From Deltaproteobacteria bacterium TL4 (GTDB lineage: Bacteria; SAR324; NAC60-12): a stretch of DNA of 61,963 nt. A program made the translations under genes and the position numbers. The notes beneath the pieces are model-generated. The model was given only the letters and a program-made list of their open reading frames with translations. It was not told where the DNA came from and searched no databases. Positions 40,639 to 49,736 of the stretch are shown piece by piece. Location of the stretch: assembly GCA_051382335.1 (NCBI GenBank), contig JBBCAX010000050.1, positions 1 to 61,963 of the forward strand, given 5' to 3'. How positions within the stretch are numbered: the first letter of the stretch is position 1; each line of letters begins with the position of its first letter.

Positions 40639-40984
40639 AAGTCTTCAGTCTAAGAAATTATATAAAATATCTCGTGCAGAGCACATCGAAACAGCTTTTT
40701 ACCTGTCCTTTTCATTCCAATTATATCTCCTGAGACCATAAGCAAAGGACAGGCCTCACGGATTGCACCAACAGGGATTCTTTTTTTTTATGAAACTTGC
40801 GGGGATAAATCAATGCTTTTCAAATTTATCTTTAAAGGGCAAAGGGTAAAATAAGTGAGGACTGTTGATTTGTCGCAACCTGTTAAAAATAATACTTTTA
40901 TTACTTAGGTTGACACTTTTCACCACGATTGGTACCTATTTAGGGAAGGTCCAGGAAAAAAGAAAATGGGAACAAAAGAAAACG

Positions 40985-41231
40985 AAATCGTTGATCCTTT
41001 GGAAATTACAGAAAACGGAGCCGCTCAGAATCCGTGGCTTTACCCAACGCTCTCGGAGACATGAAACAACTGCAATCACTCAATTGTGCCGGTTGTGAAA
41101 AAATCACGCACTTCCCTGAATCCATCGCAAATTTAAAGTTACTTGAAGAGTTGGATCTCAGATACGGCAACTCTGAAATAAAGTTGCCACCATCTCTCCA
41201 AAATATGAAAAATCTAACGATCCTCTTTTGA
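40985..41231 (+). pseudogene. Leucine-rich-repeat gene remnant
   Basis: LPNALGDMKQLQSLNCAGC / FPESIANLKLLEELDLRY / LPPSLQNMKNL repeats; no good start; in-frame stop at 40992. Confidence 0.55.
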
Positions 41232-41256
41232 TAAAAATCTTAAATAACGGAGAAAG

Positions 41257-43128
41257 ATGAACCGTATTCAAGAATTAGAACATCTCATTACATCCTACAA
41301 TCAAAACTATCGTAGTGGAGAGGATGAAGAAACCATCACTGACGCGGAATTTGATGCGTTGGTTGATGAACTGCAATTGATCGCTCCGAATTCTCAGGTA
41401 TTGATTCAAGTTGGAATAACGCTTGAGCCGTCCGATAGTCGCAAAGAAACGCTCCCTCATGCGATGGGAAGTTTGAATAAAATTAAAACCGGGGAAGAGC
41501 TCTCCAAGTGGATGAAAGCAAAAGCGATTGATCCGGAGACTGTTGTTTGTTTAACGCCCAAATATGATGGTCTGGCTTTTCTGGGACATCACACGCCCGA
41601 GGGGATTGAAGGTTGGACTCGGGGTAATGGTCAAGTCGGGCAGCGAAGCGACGAGTGGATCCAAGGCGTGACGCAAAAAGAAAAGTTCACAACCCAGGAA
41701 GCCTTCTACTGCGTGGGTGAGGTGATCATGCCCAAAAGCACCTTTGCCCAAAAATACGAAACTCAATTTAAGAATCCCCGAAATTTTGTGGCAGGCTTGT
41801 TTAACGCCAAAGAACCCGATGCGGAAAAATTGAAAGATGTGGTTTATCTTCGGTATGGAATGATTTGCGAAAAAAACAAATCGGAGCAGATCCAGTTTCT
41901 GAATCAGCAACTCAACTCTGTCGAAGTCCCCTTCCGACGCTACCCCTTGTCCCAAATCACTCAAGCCTTCTTGGAATCTTTGTTTGAAGAATGGTCCCGC
42001 GGAGATTTTGAAATGGATGGAATTGTTATCGAAATTGATGACTATGCCCTTCAAAGCGATTTAGGGCAAGAAACTTCATCGTTCAATCCTGCCTATGCCA
42101 GGGCATGGAAAGGCGTTCAGGGAGATGTGGGCATCACCACAATCCAGGACATCGAATACCAAGTTTCAAAAGAAGGCAGAATTGTGCCCGTTGGATTGGT
42201 GGATCCCATTGATATTGGAGGAGTTACGGTAAGTCGTGTTACACTCAATAATGTTGAAATGATGCATGCGATGGGCTGTGGGATTAACGCCAAGGTTGAA
42301 ATCATCAGGAGTGGGGATGTGATTCCTAAAATTGTGGCTGTGTTGGAAAAAGTGGCACCCGTTCTTCCAACCCATTGCCCTTCATGCCGGTCCGCTCTGA
42401 ATTGGGACAAAAACCATATTCATCTGCTTTGCCCTGCGCCCCACTGTCCCGAAAAGGGGATTCAAAAATTTGTTTTTTATTTCAAGACGCTAGGTGTTGA
42501 AGAAACCAGTGAGCGGACTCTCCGGCAACTCTACCTGGAAGGGTGGAATACCCTGGAAAAAATCTATGCTATCACCAAGGAAGATCTGCTAAAGCTGGAA
42601 GGGTGGAAAGAAAAAAAGTCGACGAAGTTTTTATCTGAAATTCACAACCGATCCAAAAATGTTGAACTTTCCAAAGTTCAACACGCCTTATCCCTCTTTC
42701 CTTCCTTAGGACAGAAAAAACTGGTGCTCCTGCAAGATTATGACACGCCTGAGAAAATTCCCTCCAGGGATGACCTCTTGGCAATAGACGGATATTCAGA
42801 GATTCTTGCGGATGCCTATTTGGATAACATCAAAATCTTCTGGGAAACCTTGCCTACCTTACCCGTGACCTTGAAGAAAAGCGAAGTCAACCGGGAAGGA
42901 AAGTTTAGAAATCAGGCGATTTGTTTTACAGGTTTTCGAAATAAAGATTGGGAAGCGCTCATTACTGCTGAGGGCGGAAGCGTGGTTTCTTCAGTCAGTA
43001 AGAAAACAAGCCTGGTCGTTTGTAAAGATCCTTCAGTGGCCTCAGCCAAACTGAAAAAAGCACAGGATTTGGACATTCCCGTCCTGTCCCTCAAGGAGTT
43101 TGAGGAATCCTATCTTCAAGGGAATTAA
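41257..43128 (+). CDS. ligA: NAD-dependent DNA ligase (divergent LigA family)
   Basis: KYDG adenylation motif, TRGNG, NPRN, DGIVI, RSGDVIPKI, Cys4 zinc finger, C-terminal BRCT (CFTG...SVSKKT). Confidence 0.85.
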   Translation: MNRIQELEHLITSYNQNYRSGEDEETITDAEFDALVDELQLIAPNSQVLIQVGITLEPSDSRKETLPHAMGSLNKIKTGEELSKWMKAKAIDPETVVCLTPKYDGLAFLGHHTPEGIEGWTRGNGQVGQRSDEWIQGVTQKEKFTTQEAFYCVGEVIMPKSTFAQKYETQFKNPRNFVAGLFNAKEPDAEKLKDVVYLRYGMICEKNKSEQIQFLNQQLNSVEVPFRRYPLSQITQAFLESLFEEWSRGDFEMDGIVIEIDDYALQSDLGQETSSFNPAYARAWKGVQGDVGITTIQDIEYQVSKEGRIVPVGLVDPIDIGGVTVSRVTLNNVEMMHAMGCGINAKVEIIRSGDVIPKIVAVLEKVAPVLPTHCPSCRSALNWDKNHIHLLCPAPHCPEKGIQKFVFYFKTLGVEETSERTLRQLYLEGWNTLEKIYAITKEDLLKLEGWKEKKSTKFLSEIHNRSKNVELSKVQHALSLFPSLGQKKLVLLQDYDTPEKIPSRDDLLAIDGYSEILADAYLDNIKIFWETLPTLPVTLKKSEVNREGKFRNQAICFTGFRNKDWEALITAEGGSVVSSVSKKTSLVVCKDPSVASAKLKKAQDLDIPVLSLKEFEESYLQGN

Positions 43129-43901
43129 GAACACCCTTTGACCAGTCTTTCCAGGTGCGCTTGATAAGCGGCTTTTCCGCCTTCTTCCCAGGTTTTGAGG
43201 AGAGCCGTTCCCACTATGGCAATTTCCACTTTTCCCTGTAACGCCTGTAAATCTTCCGCGTCTGAAAGTCCAAAACCCAGTGCCAGCGGAAGTTGAGTCG
43301 CCTGGCGGCAGCGTTTGATAAAATGAGTGACTTCTTCACTCATTTCGGTTTTCTTACCGGTGACGCCTTTACGGGCGACACTGTAAATAAAACCTTTCCC
43401 GTGCTTGCCAATTTCAGCCAGCCGTTCATCGGTATTGGTTGGAGTAAAGAGAAAGATGGGTGAAAGGTTATGGGCTTCGCTATACTGAAAAAGGTCCCCA
43501 AACTCCTCCACAGGCAAATCGGCAAGAATATAACCACAGCCTCCGGACTCCTGGATACGAGTACAAAACGCTTCATGTCCCATGGTAAAGGCCGCATTAT
43601 AGTATCCCATAAAAAGAAAGGGAAAACTATATTGTTCCGTTGAGGTTTTCATGAGTTCAAAGTAGTCGTTCCAAACCGTGCCATGACTCAACGCGGCTTG
43701 ATTTGCTCTCACAAACATGGGGCCATCGGCAATAGGTTCACTGAAGGGCATTTGCAATTCTACCAAATCAACACCTGCCTCCTGCATACACTGAAGCATC
43801 GTCCGGTTTTCTGCCAGAGAAGGATACCCCACAATCAAGTGAGTCATCAGTAATATTTTTTTCCGGGAGAGCTGTTTTTTCAGGTAGTGAGCTAAATTCA
43901 T
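43125..43901 (-). CDS. trpA: Tryptophan synthase alpha chain
   Basis: GYP, ELQMPFSEPIADGP, FMGYYN, GVTG, LGFG. Confidence 0.93.
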   Translation of the reverse strand: MNLAHYLKKQLSRKKILLMTHLIVGYPSLAENRTMLQCMQEAGVDLVELQMPFSEPIADGPMFVRANQAALSHGTVWNDYFELMKTSTEQYSFPFLFMGYYNAAFTMGHEAFCTRIQESGGCGYILADLPVEEFGDLFQYSEAHNLSPIFLFTPTNTDERLAEIGKHGKGFIYSVARKGVTGKKTEMSEEVTHFIKRCRQATQLPLALGFGLSDAEDLQALQGKVEIAIVGTALLKTWEEGGKAAYQAHLERLVKGCS

Positions 43902-45145
43902 AAGTTTGCCGCTTTCTTTTTTAAAAATTCTTTCCAGTTTTTGTCACTCAAGGCTTCTGCCATATTAAAAATATCCTTATCCCCTCTTCCCGATAAATTA
44001 ACGAGCAGGATTTGATCTTTGGAGAGGGCCCCGGCTTCACGGAAAATGCCAGCCAGAGCGTGACTGCTCTCTAACGCGGGGATGATGCCTTCTTTTCGAA
44101 TCAGAAGCCGGGCAGCCTCGACAACTTCTTCGTCGGTTGCCGATTCAAAGCGTATTCTTTTCAAGTCATGCAAATAACTCAAAATCGGGCTGACGCCAAT
44201 GTAATCCAGCCCTGCGGCAATCGAGTGAGTCGGTTGCATTTGCCCTTCCTCATTTTGGAGAAAGTAAGTTTTATAACCTTGAGCGACACCAACGCGTCCT
44301 CCAGCAAATCGGACAGCGTGTTTTCCTGTTTCAATTCCCAAGCCTCCGGCTTCAACACCAACGAGTTCCACAGCGTCATCGTCAAGGAAAGGAATAAACA
44401 TGCCACAGGCATTGGAACCGCCTCCAACGCAGGCGTAGATTCGATCAGGCAAACGTCCCGTCAAGGCTTGCATCTGCGTGCGGCTTTCCGCTCCAATTAT
44501 TTTTTGAAAATAGGCGACTATTTGAGGAAAAGGATGAGGACCGCAAACGGTTCCCATCACATAATGAGTGGTCTCCATTGAAGTCGCCCAATCTCTCAAC
44601 GACGCATTGATGGCATCTTTAAGTGTGGCGGTTCCCTCTGTGACAGCGACCACTTTTGCGCCAAGCTGTTCCATCCAGAACACATTGGGACGTTGGCGTT
44701 CCACATCGACGGCTCCCATGTAGATGGTACATTCCAAGCCCATGCGCGCGGCCATCGTGGCGGTGGCAACACCATGTTGACCCGCGCCGGTTTCCGCAAT
44801 CACCCGTTGCTTCCCCATTCTCTGAACCAGGAGTCCTTGTCCCATAACATTATTCGCTTTATGAGCCCCTGTATGGTTTAAATCCTCCCTTTTACAATAG
44901 AGTTGTGCTCCTCCCAAGTAGGAAGACAGATTCGTTAGCGGGGTGATGGGAGTAGGTCGGCAAGAATAACTTTGCATGACGTCAACGTATTGTTTCCAAA
45001 ACCGGGGATCGGCTTGCGCTTCTTCGAAAACGGCGATCAATTCGTCAAACGTCGTTTTTAAAATTTCAGGGATAAACATACCCCCGTAAGGGCCATAATA
45101 GCCTGGAGTCTCAAAATTAAATAGAGCTTGTTTCAAAGAGGTCAT
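43898..45145 (-). CDS. trpB: Tryptophan synthase beta chain
   Basis: KREDLNHTGAHK (PLP Lys), AETGAGQHG, CVGGGSN, PALESSHA, NLSGRGDKD. Confidence 0.97.
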   Translation of the reverse strand: MTSLKQALFNFETPGYYGPYGGMFIPEILKTTFDELIAVFEEAQADPRFWKQYVDVMQSYSCRPTPITPLTNLSSYLGGAQLYCKREDLNHTGAHKANNVMGQGLLVQRMGKQRVIAETGAGQHGVATATMAARMGLECTIYMGAVDVERQRPNVFWMEQLGAKVVAVTEGTATLKDAINASLRDWATSMETTHYVMGTVCGPHPFPQIVAYFQKIIGAESRTQMQALTGRLPDRIYACVGGGSNACGMFIPFLDDDAVELVGVEAGGLGIETGKHAVRFAGGRVGVAQGYKTYFLQNEEGQMQPTHSIAAGLDYIGVSPILSYLHDLKRIRFESATDEEVVEAARLLIRKEGIIPALESSHALAGIFREAGALSKDQILLVNLSGRGDKDIFNMAEALSDKNWKEFLKKKAANL

Positions 45146-45148
45146 TTT

Positions 45149-46525
45149 TTATTTTTCCTTTGCACCAGCGGCTTTTAGTAATTGGACAATATCGGTGTAT
45201 TCTTCCTCAAGCGCTTCCGCCAGCGCAGTACGTCCAACTTTATCCTTCACATTGACCTCGGCACCACTTTTTATCAATAATTCAACCGTATCGGTGTGAC
45301 TTTCGCTTGCCGCCTCCATTAAAGGCGTCCGGCCATTATGATCTTGAATATTAACTTGAGCGCCTTTTTCTATCAGGAATTGTAAAGCGTGATAGCGCCC
45401 TTCACTTGCCGCGAGCAGCGTTGAGGAAACACCATCTTCGTCCACAGCGTCAACATTCGCGCCTTTTTCAATGAGTAATTTGATGATTTCCACTCTTCCT
45501 TCCAGAGAGGCTAACATGAGCGGTGTAAATCCCTGATTATCCCGTTGATTGACTTTGGCCCCTTTTTCCAGAAGAAGGCTGACGGTAAAATATCGTCCTG
45601 TGGAACAGGCTTCCAGCAAGGCAGTCCGGCCTGTTTGATCCTTTGCGTTCACATCGCCTCCACTGGCAATGAGTTTTTTAACCATGCTGATACGTCCTTC
45701 ACTGGCCGCTTCCATCAGAGGGGTTCGGCCTTCATCATCTTGAGCGGGGAGAGCGTCTTCCCCCACTTGAACAACTTCTCTTTGTCCTTCAACCATATCA
45801 AGAGGAATGGTCGATTCCCCTTCTATGTCGATTTTAGCGCCATGACTGAGGAGTAACTGCACAATCTCCGGGAAACCATTACTTGCGGCCGCGGCCAAAG
45901 GCGTGAAGCCTTCCTCACTAACGACGTTGACATCCGCTCCCGCTTGAATCAGTAAGCGGACCACCGCGATATTGCCTTCAAAGGCCGCGATCACCAAAGC
46001 GGTTTCTCCATTGCGATTTTTAGCATGCACCTCCGCTTGATGGGAGAGCAATCGTCGAATAATGGCAACGTCCCCTTGCAACGCGGCAATAATCAAAGGC
46101 GTTTCCCCGTTTTGATTTTTTATATTCACTTTGCCATCGTGTTGAAGCAGAATCTCGACCATGTCCAAATCTCCGTAACGCACGGCCCACATCAGGGCAC
46201 TCATGCCCTGGAGATCTTGCTGCTGCGTATTAATGCCCGATTTGATCAACAGGGAGGCCATTTCCAGATTTCCCATGAATATTGAAAGGATGAGTCCATT
46301 AGCGCCAGTCTCCTGTGTCATGTTGAGATTGACCCCTTTTTCAATAAATTCCGTGACTTTTTTGGTGTTTCCCTGCTCCACTGCCGATAAAAAAGGAGGC
46401 ATTGGTGTTGGTGCCGCAAAAGCATTCAACGCCAACAGAAATCCTCCTAAAGACAACAGCCCCCGCAATAACAACCCCCTGAGAAGAGCCACAGATAACA
46501 ATGATTTTTTTGCTGGTAAGTTCAT
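45149..46525 (-). CDS. Exported ankyrin-repeat protein
   Basis: Signal peptide (AFA) then roughly 12 GxTPL/AL..AA..G...V..LL..GA.VN repeats. Confidence 0.92.
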   Translation of the reverse strand: MNLPAKKSLLSVALLRGLLLRGLLSLGGFLLALNAFAAPTPMPPFLSAVEQGNTKKVTEFIEKGVNLNMTQETGANGLILSIFMGNLEMASLLIKSGINTQQQDLQGMSALMWAVRYGDLDMVEILLQHDGKVNIKNQNGETPLIIAALQGDVAIIRRLLSHQAEVHAKNRNGETALVIAAFEGNIAVVRLLIQAGADVNVVSEEGFTPLAAAASNGFPEIVQLLLSHGAKIDIEGESTIPLDMVEGQREVVQVGEDALPAQDDEGRTPLMEAASEGRISMVKKLIASGGDVNAKDQTGRTALLEACSTGRYFTVSLLLEKGAKVNQRDNQGFTPLMLASLEGRVEIIKLLIEKGANVDAVDEDGVSSTLLAASEGRYHALQFLIEKGAQVNIQDHNGRTPLMEAASESHTDTVELLIKSGAEVNVKDKVGRTALAEALEEEYTDIVQLLKAAGAKEK

Positions 46526-48756
46526 GAAGCAAGCTCCTTTAGCATGGATTTGATTCCTGAGTATCGGTTTATTTTTCTTGACGCCGCATGAATCAAGGTT
46601 TCTTTAGGCCCCAAAATCAATACGGATTTTTTTGCGCGTGTCAGAGCCGTATAGAGCATTTCTTTACTCAAAAGTTCATCCGCTTTTGAACTCATGCTCT
46701 CGGAAGCACTTTCTCCAAGCGATTCGTTCTGTGAGTGAGGGGGGAGGATGATCGCAACATGATCATACTCCGACCCTTGACTCTTATGAACGGTGATAGC
46801 ATATGCAAGCTGATGACTCTTCAGTTGATGATCATAGAACGTTTGATACGCACCCTCAATTGGAAAAACAGCTTTAAGTTCAATTTTTTTACTCTCGGGG
46901 TGTTCAAATTTTAAAAATAAACCTTGGTCTCCATTAAACAAGTTATTTTGGTAATCATTTTCTAAAATCATCACAGGCGCACCGGCATAAAAAGCTTCGA
47001 AGGCCTGAGAGGTCCATCGGGACTGAGGAAATAATAACTGTGGAAAAATCCGGTTAACCGCTTCTGATCCTGTACGGAGCACCCGTGTCAGAGTCAGAAT
47101 ACGGAAACGATTCAGGATCTCAAACAATTTTCTCAAATCCTCCCAATGCTGCTCAAAGGACGCCAAGGAATACGTTTGCTGAATCAATTCGAGAAAGGCG
47201 TTATCTAACAAAAAATCAGAAATCCATTGATGCACAAAGGTTTTTATCTGTTTCGAGGTATTCTGCTGTTCCAGGAACGCTACTTTTTCATAACGATTCT
47301 CTGCCAACGAGGAAAGAGGGATCAGGCTGTCAGGGTAAATAGGAGGTTGAAATAATCCCTGTGAAACTTCCTCAGCGGAGGACGCCTTATGGATGAGGGA
47401 CGCGATGTCTAAAATGGCTTTTCCGGAAGGGTCCTCCGCTTTTTGACGAAAACTTTGAATCAAATGCGCCGATTTTCCAGAAAAAAGATCCGTTGAAGAC
47501 GTGGTGTACTGATTGATTAAAACAGAAAGTTCCGGGGCCAGTTGACTCAGCTCATGACCTTGTGAAGGACTTAAGGATAATGACAGCGGAACCAGATCTT
47601 TCAAGACACTTCCCGCACCCACAGAAGGCAGTTGGTTCACATCCCCCAAAAGGATCAAACGTGCCGGAGGGAAAAAATGGGTGCGTTGCGGAGAGACAGC
47701 GCGAAAAAGGCGGGACATCAAGGTCAGGTCAATCATTGAAGCTTCATCAATGACAACCACATCCATAGCGAGTGGATAATTTTCATGGTGACGAAAGCGT
47801 TTTGTGACAGGATGGTACCCCAACAAGCGGTGTAAGGTTTGTGCTTCCCGAAGATTTTCGAGAAGACGCTGATCCTTAGGGGAATTCTCTATGTCGCGGA
47901 TATGAGTCAACCCCGCTTCAATAGCTTCGGCCATGCGTTTGGCCGCTCTTCCTGTAGGTGCGGCAAGTGCTATTTTTTGTGCAAGTCCCAAGCGGGACAA
48001 GGTTCGTAACAGGCTCACAACAACAGAAGTTTTACCCGTACCCGGTCCCCCTGAAATGATAGTCAGTGGACTTTGAAGTGCCAAAAGAAGAGCCAACAAC
48101 TGTTCTTTCGCCAGTTGCAGTGGTTGTGAACCGTACATGATGGGATAGGTTACCAGCACCTCCTCCAAAACTTGCCGAGTTTCCGTTGGCTCAGGAAGAG
48201 GCACGTTCATACGCAAGCGCTGTTCTAAATATCGAACTAAAATGCCTTCATCGTGGAAATTGTTTTGGTGATATAAGTATTGCGCTTCCCTGCTGAGAAT
48301 GAAGGGTTTAAACTCACCCTCTCCGCCAACCAGGGGCGAACCTTCCTGAATCAACATTTGAAGGAGCAGATCTGGAATATCCCGCGCTATAAAAAATCCT
48401 GTTTTTTCCAAGATTTGAGCAACGGCGGGTAAATCTTTTTCTAAATAAAGACAAGTGCTGCCATTCAACCAGGACTGCCTCAAGTAGAGAAAAACAGCCA
48501 TAAGCCCCAGTTCCTGAAAACTTTCTGGAGTAATAGAAGCCCAGCGAATCATATCTAAGGTTTGGTAAAAATAGACATCATCCAGTTGTGCTTCATTAAA
48601 ATATTGAAATAAGGCTTGAAGCGCAGGTGACAGTCGTAAAGGGGCCACGCCTGAACACGTACCTGATAGCTCTGAAACGGCTTTCATCCGCGCGGTGCCG
48701 AAGGGGGTCCAGACTGTTTTTTGAGGGCTTAAAAGAGGCATTTTCAACTTCTCCAT
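46522..48756 (-). CDS. recD: Exodeoxyribonuclease V alpha subunit
   Basis: GGPGTGKT, APTGRAA, TLHRLLG, DEASM, GDVNQLPSVGAG, FNGD, AYAITVHKSQGSEY, LYTALTRAK. Confidence 0.9.
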   Translation of the reverse strand: MEKLKMPLLSPQKTVWTPFGTARMKAVSELSGTCSGVAPLRLSPALQALFQYFNEAQLDDVYFYQTLDMIRWASITPESFQELGLMAVFLYLRQSWLNGSTCLYLEKDLPAVAQILEKTGFFIARDIPDLLLQMLIQEGSPLVGGEGEFKPFILSREAQYLYHQNNFHDEGILVRYLEQRLRMNVPLPEPTETRQVLEEVLVTYPIMYGSQPLQLAKEQLLALLLALQSPLTIISGGPGTGKTSVVVSLLRTLSRLGLAQKIALAAPTGRAAKRMAEAIEAGLTHIRDIENSPKDQRLLENLREAQTLHRLLGYHPVTKRFRHHENYPLAMDVVVIDEASMIDLTLMSRLFRAVSPQRTHFFPPARLILLGDVNQLPSVGAGSVLKDLVPLSLSLSPSQGHELSQLAPELSVLINQYTTSSTDLFSGKSAHLIQSFRQKAEDPSGKAILDIASLIHKASSAEEVSQGLFQPPIYPDSLIPLSSLAENRYEKVAFLEQQNTSKQIKTFVHQWISDFLLDNAFLELIQQTYSLASFEQHWEDLRKLFEILNRFRILTLTRVLRTGSEAVNRIFPQLLFPQSRWTSQAFEAFYAGAPVMILENDYQNNLFNGDQGLFLKFEHPESKKIELKAVFPIEGAYQTFYDHQLKSHQLAYAITVHKSQGSEYDHVAIILPPHSQNESLGESASESMSSKADELLSKEMLYTALTRAKKSVLILGPKETLIHAASRKINRYSGIKSMLKELAS

Positions 48757-49120
48757 AACTTTTTATTGATTAACGCTATAATTGGCACGATTTTAGGAAG
48801 GAAGCAAGCCAGTACACAACAAATTTCTCCGTAAAGCCTCCCGTGAGGGAGAAGGACTCAGGACCGCTTTGGAAGCTAAATTAAGTCTTGAAAGAAACTC
48901 TGGGAAAAAGATGTGTCCCTGCTTGATTTTTTGATATGTTTTTGAACATAACCTAGAGGAGAGCCTTGGGAGGTAGAAAAGGTCAATTACCTCCTCAAGT
49001 GCATGATAAGAAATAATGAACAACTTAGGGCGTTCCAGGAAATAAAGTTCCGATTTACGTAGGAGGTGGCTTTAGATAGCTATTATCCAGGAATTCTCTT
49101 ACCAGATGTTAAGGTGTTTT

Positions 49121-49618
49121 ATGGAAAATCCAGTGCCCATTGATGAAGTCCGATATCTTCGTAGAATTCTCGAAGGCCTTGATATGGTCTTTCATACAAA
49201 TAGTTCTTTCGACCTGGAGGACAGAGGTCAGGAAGAGGACCCCGCGTCCATTGATTCTGCCGTCTTGATGCGCCAAATGATGGCACTCAATAAAATTGAG
49301 TTATTGCTTGATCGTATCCTTTTTATCTGTGCGGAATCCCCTTACTGCCGAGTTTCTTTTGAGTCTCAGAACAATTTCGAATTAGATCTTAGAGTACCGA
49401 TTCATATGGTGGTGGAACACTTTAAAGAGGATGAACTGTTACGTGTCCACCGATCTTATCTGGTCAATCCCAAAAGAGTTCTTTGCGTGGACAGGAAAAA
49501 TCCAAGAGATTTTGAAATGTGGATGAAAAGCGGTCCACGATCAACCATACAAGTCCCCGTAGGACGGTCGTATGTGAGCAAACTACGTAACACTAATCCC
49601 CGGTGGTTTAAAACCTGA
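49121..49618 (+). CDS. LytTR DNA-binding domain regulator without receiver domain
   Basis: LRVHRSYLVN and VPVGRSY LytTR motifs. Confidence 0.85.
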   Translation: MENPVPIDEVRYLRRILEGLDMVFHTNSSFDLEDRGQEEDPASIDSAVLMRQMMALNKIELLLDRILFICAESPYCRVSFESQNNFELDLRVPIHMVVEHFKEDELLRVHRSYLVNPKRVLCVDRKNPRDFEMWMKSGPRSTIQVPVGRSYVSKLRNTNPRWFKT

Positions 49619-49624
49619 GTCATT

Positions 49625-49736
49625 GGGAGGCTCTCCGAGAAGAGGTTGGTAGGATGCGTTAGCGAAGCCGCACCCCTCAAAATGCCCGTTGCTGAGGGGT
49701 GCCTACGGCGAAGTGAGCGTTCTTGGACCGTCTCTT
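49625..49736. repeat. Degenerate REP/MITE-like palindrome (copy 1)
   Basis: Outer IR tccgagaa/ttcttgga; GTAGGATGCGTTAGCGAAGC; inner stem gcacccctca/tgaggggtgc. Confidence 0.6.

Noticed and set aside
41551..42410. Antisense ORFs within the ligase, and similar short ORFs inside recB, trpB, mmdA/B and the cyclases
   Set aside because: Shadow frames of well-supported genes with no motifs or RBS
48783..48797. Sigma54 promoter TGGCACG
   Set aside because: The -12 TTGC element is absent (reads TTAG)
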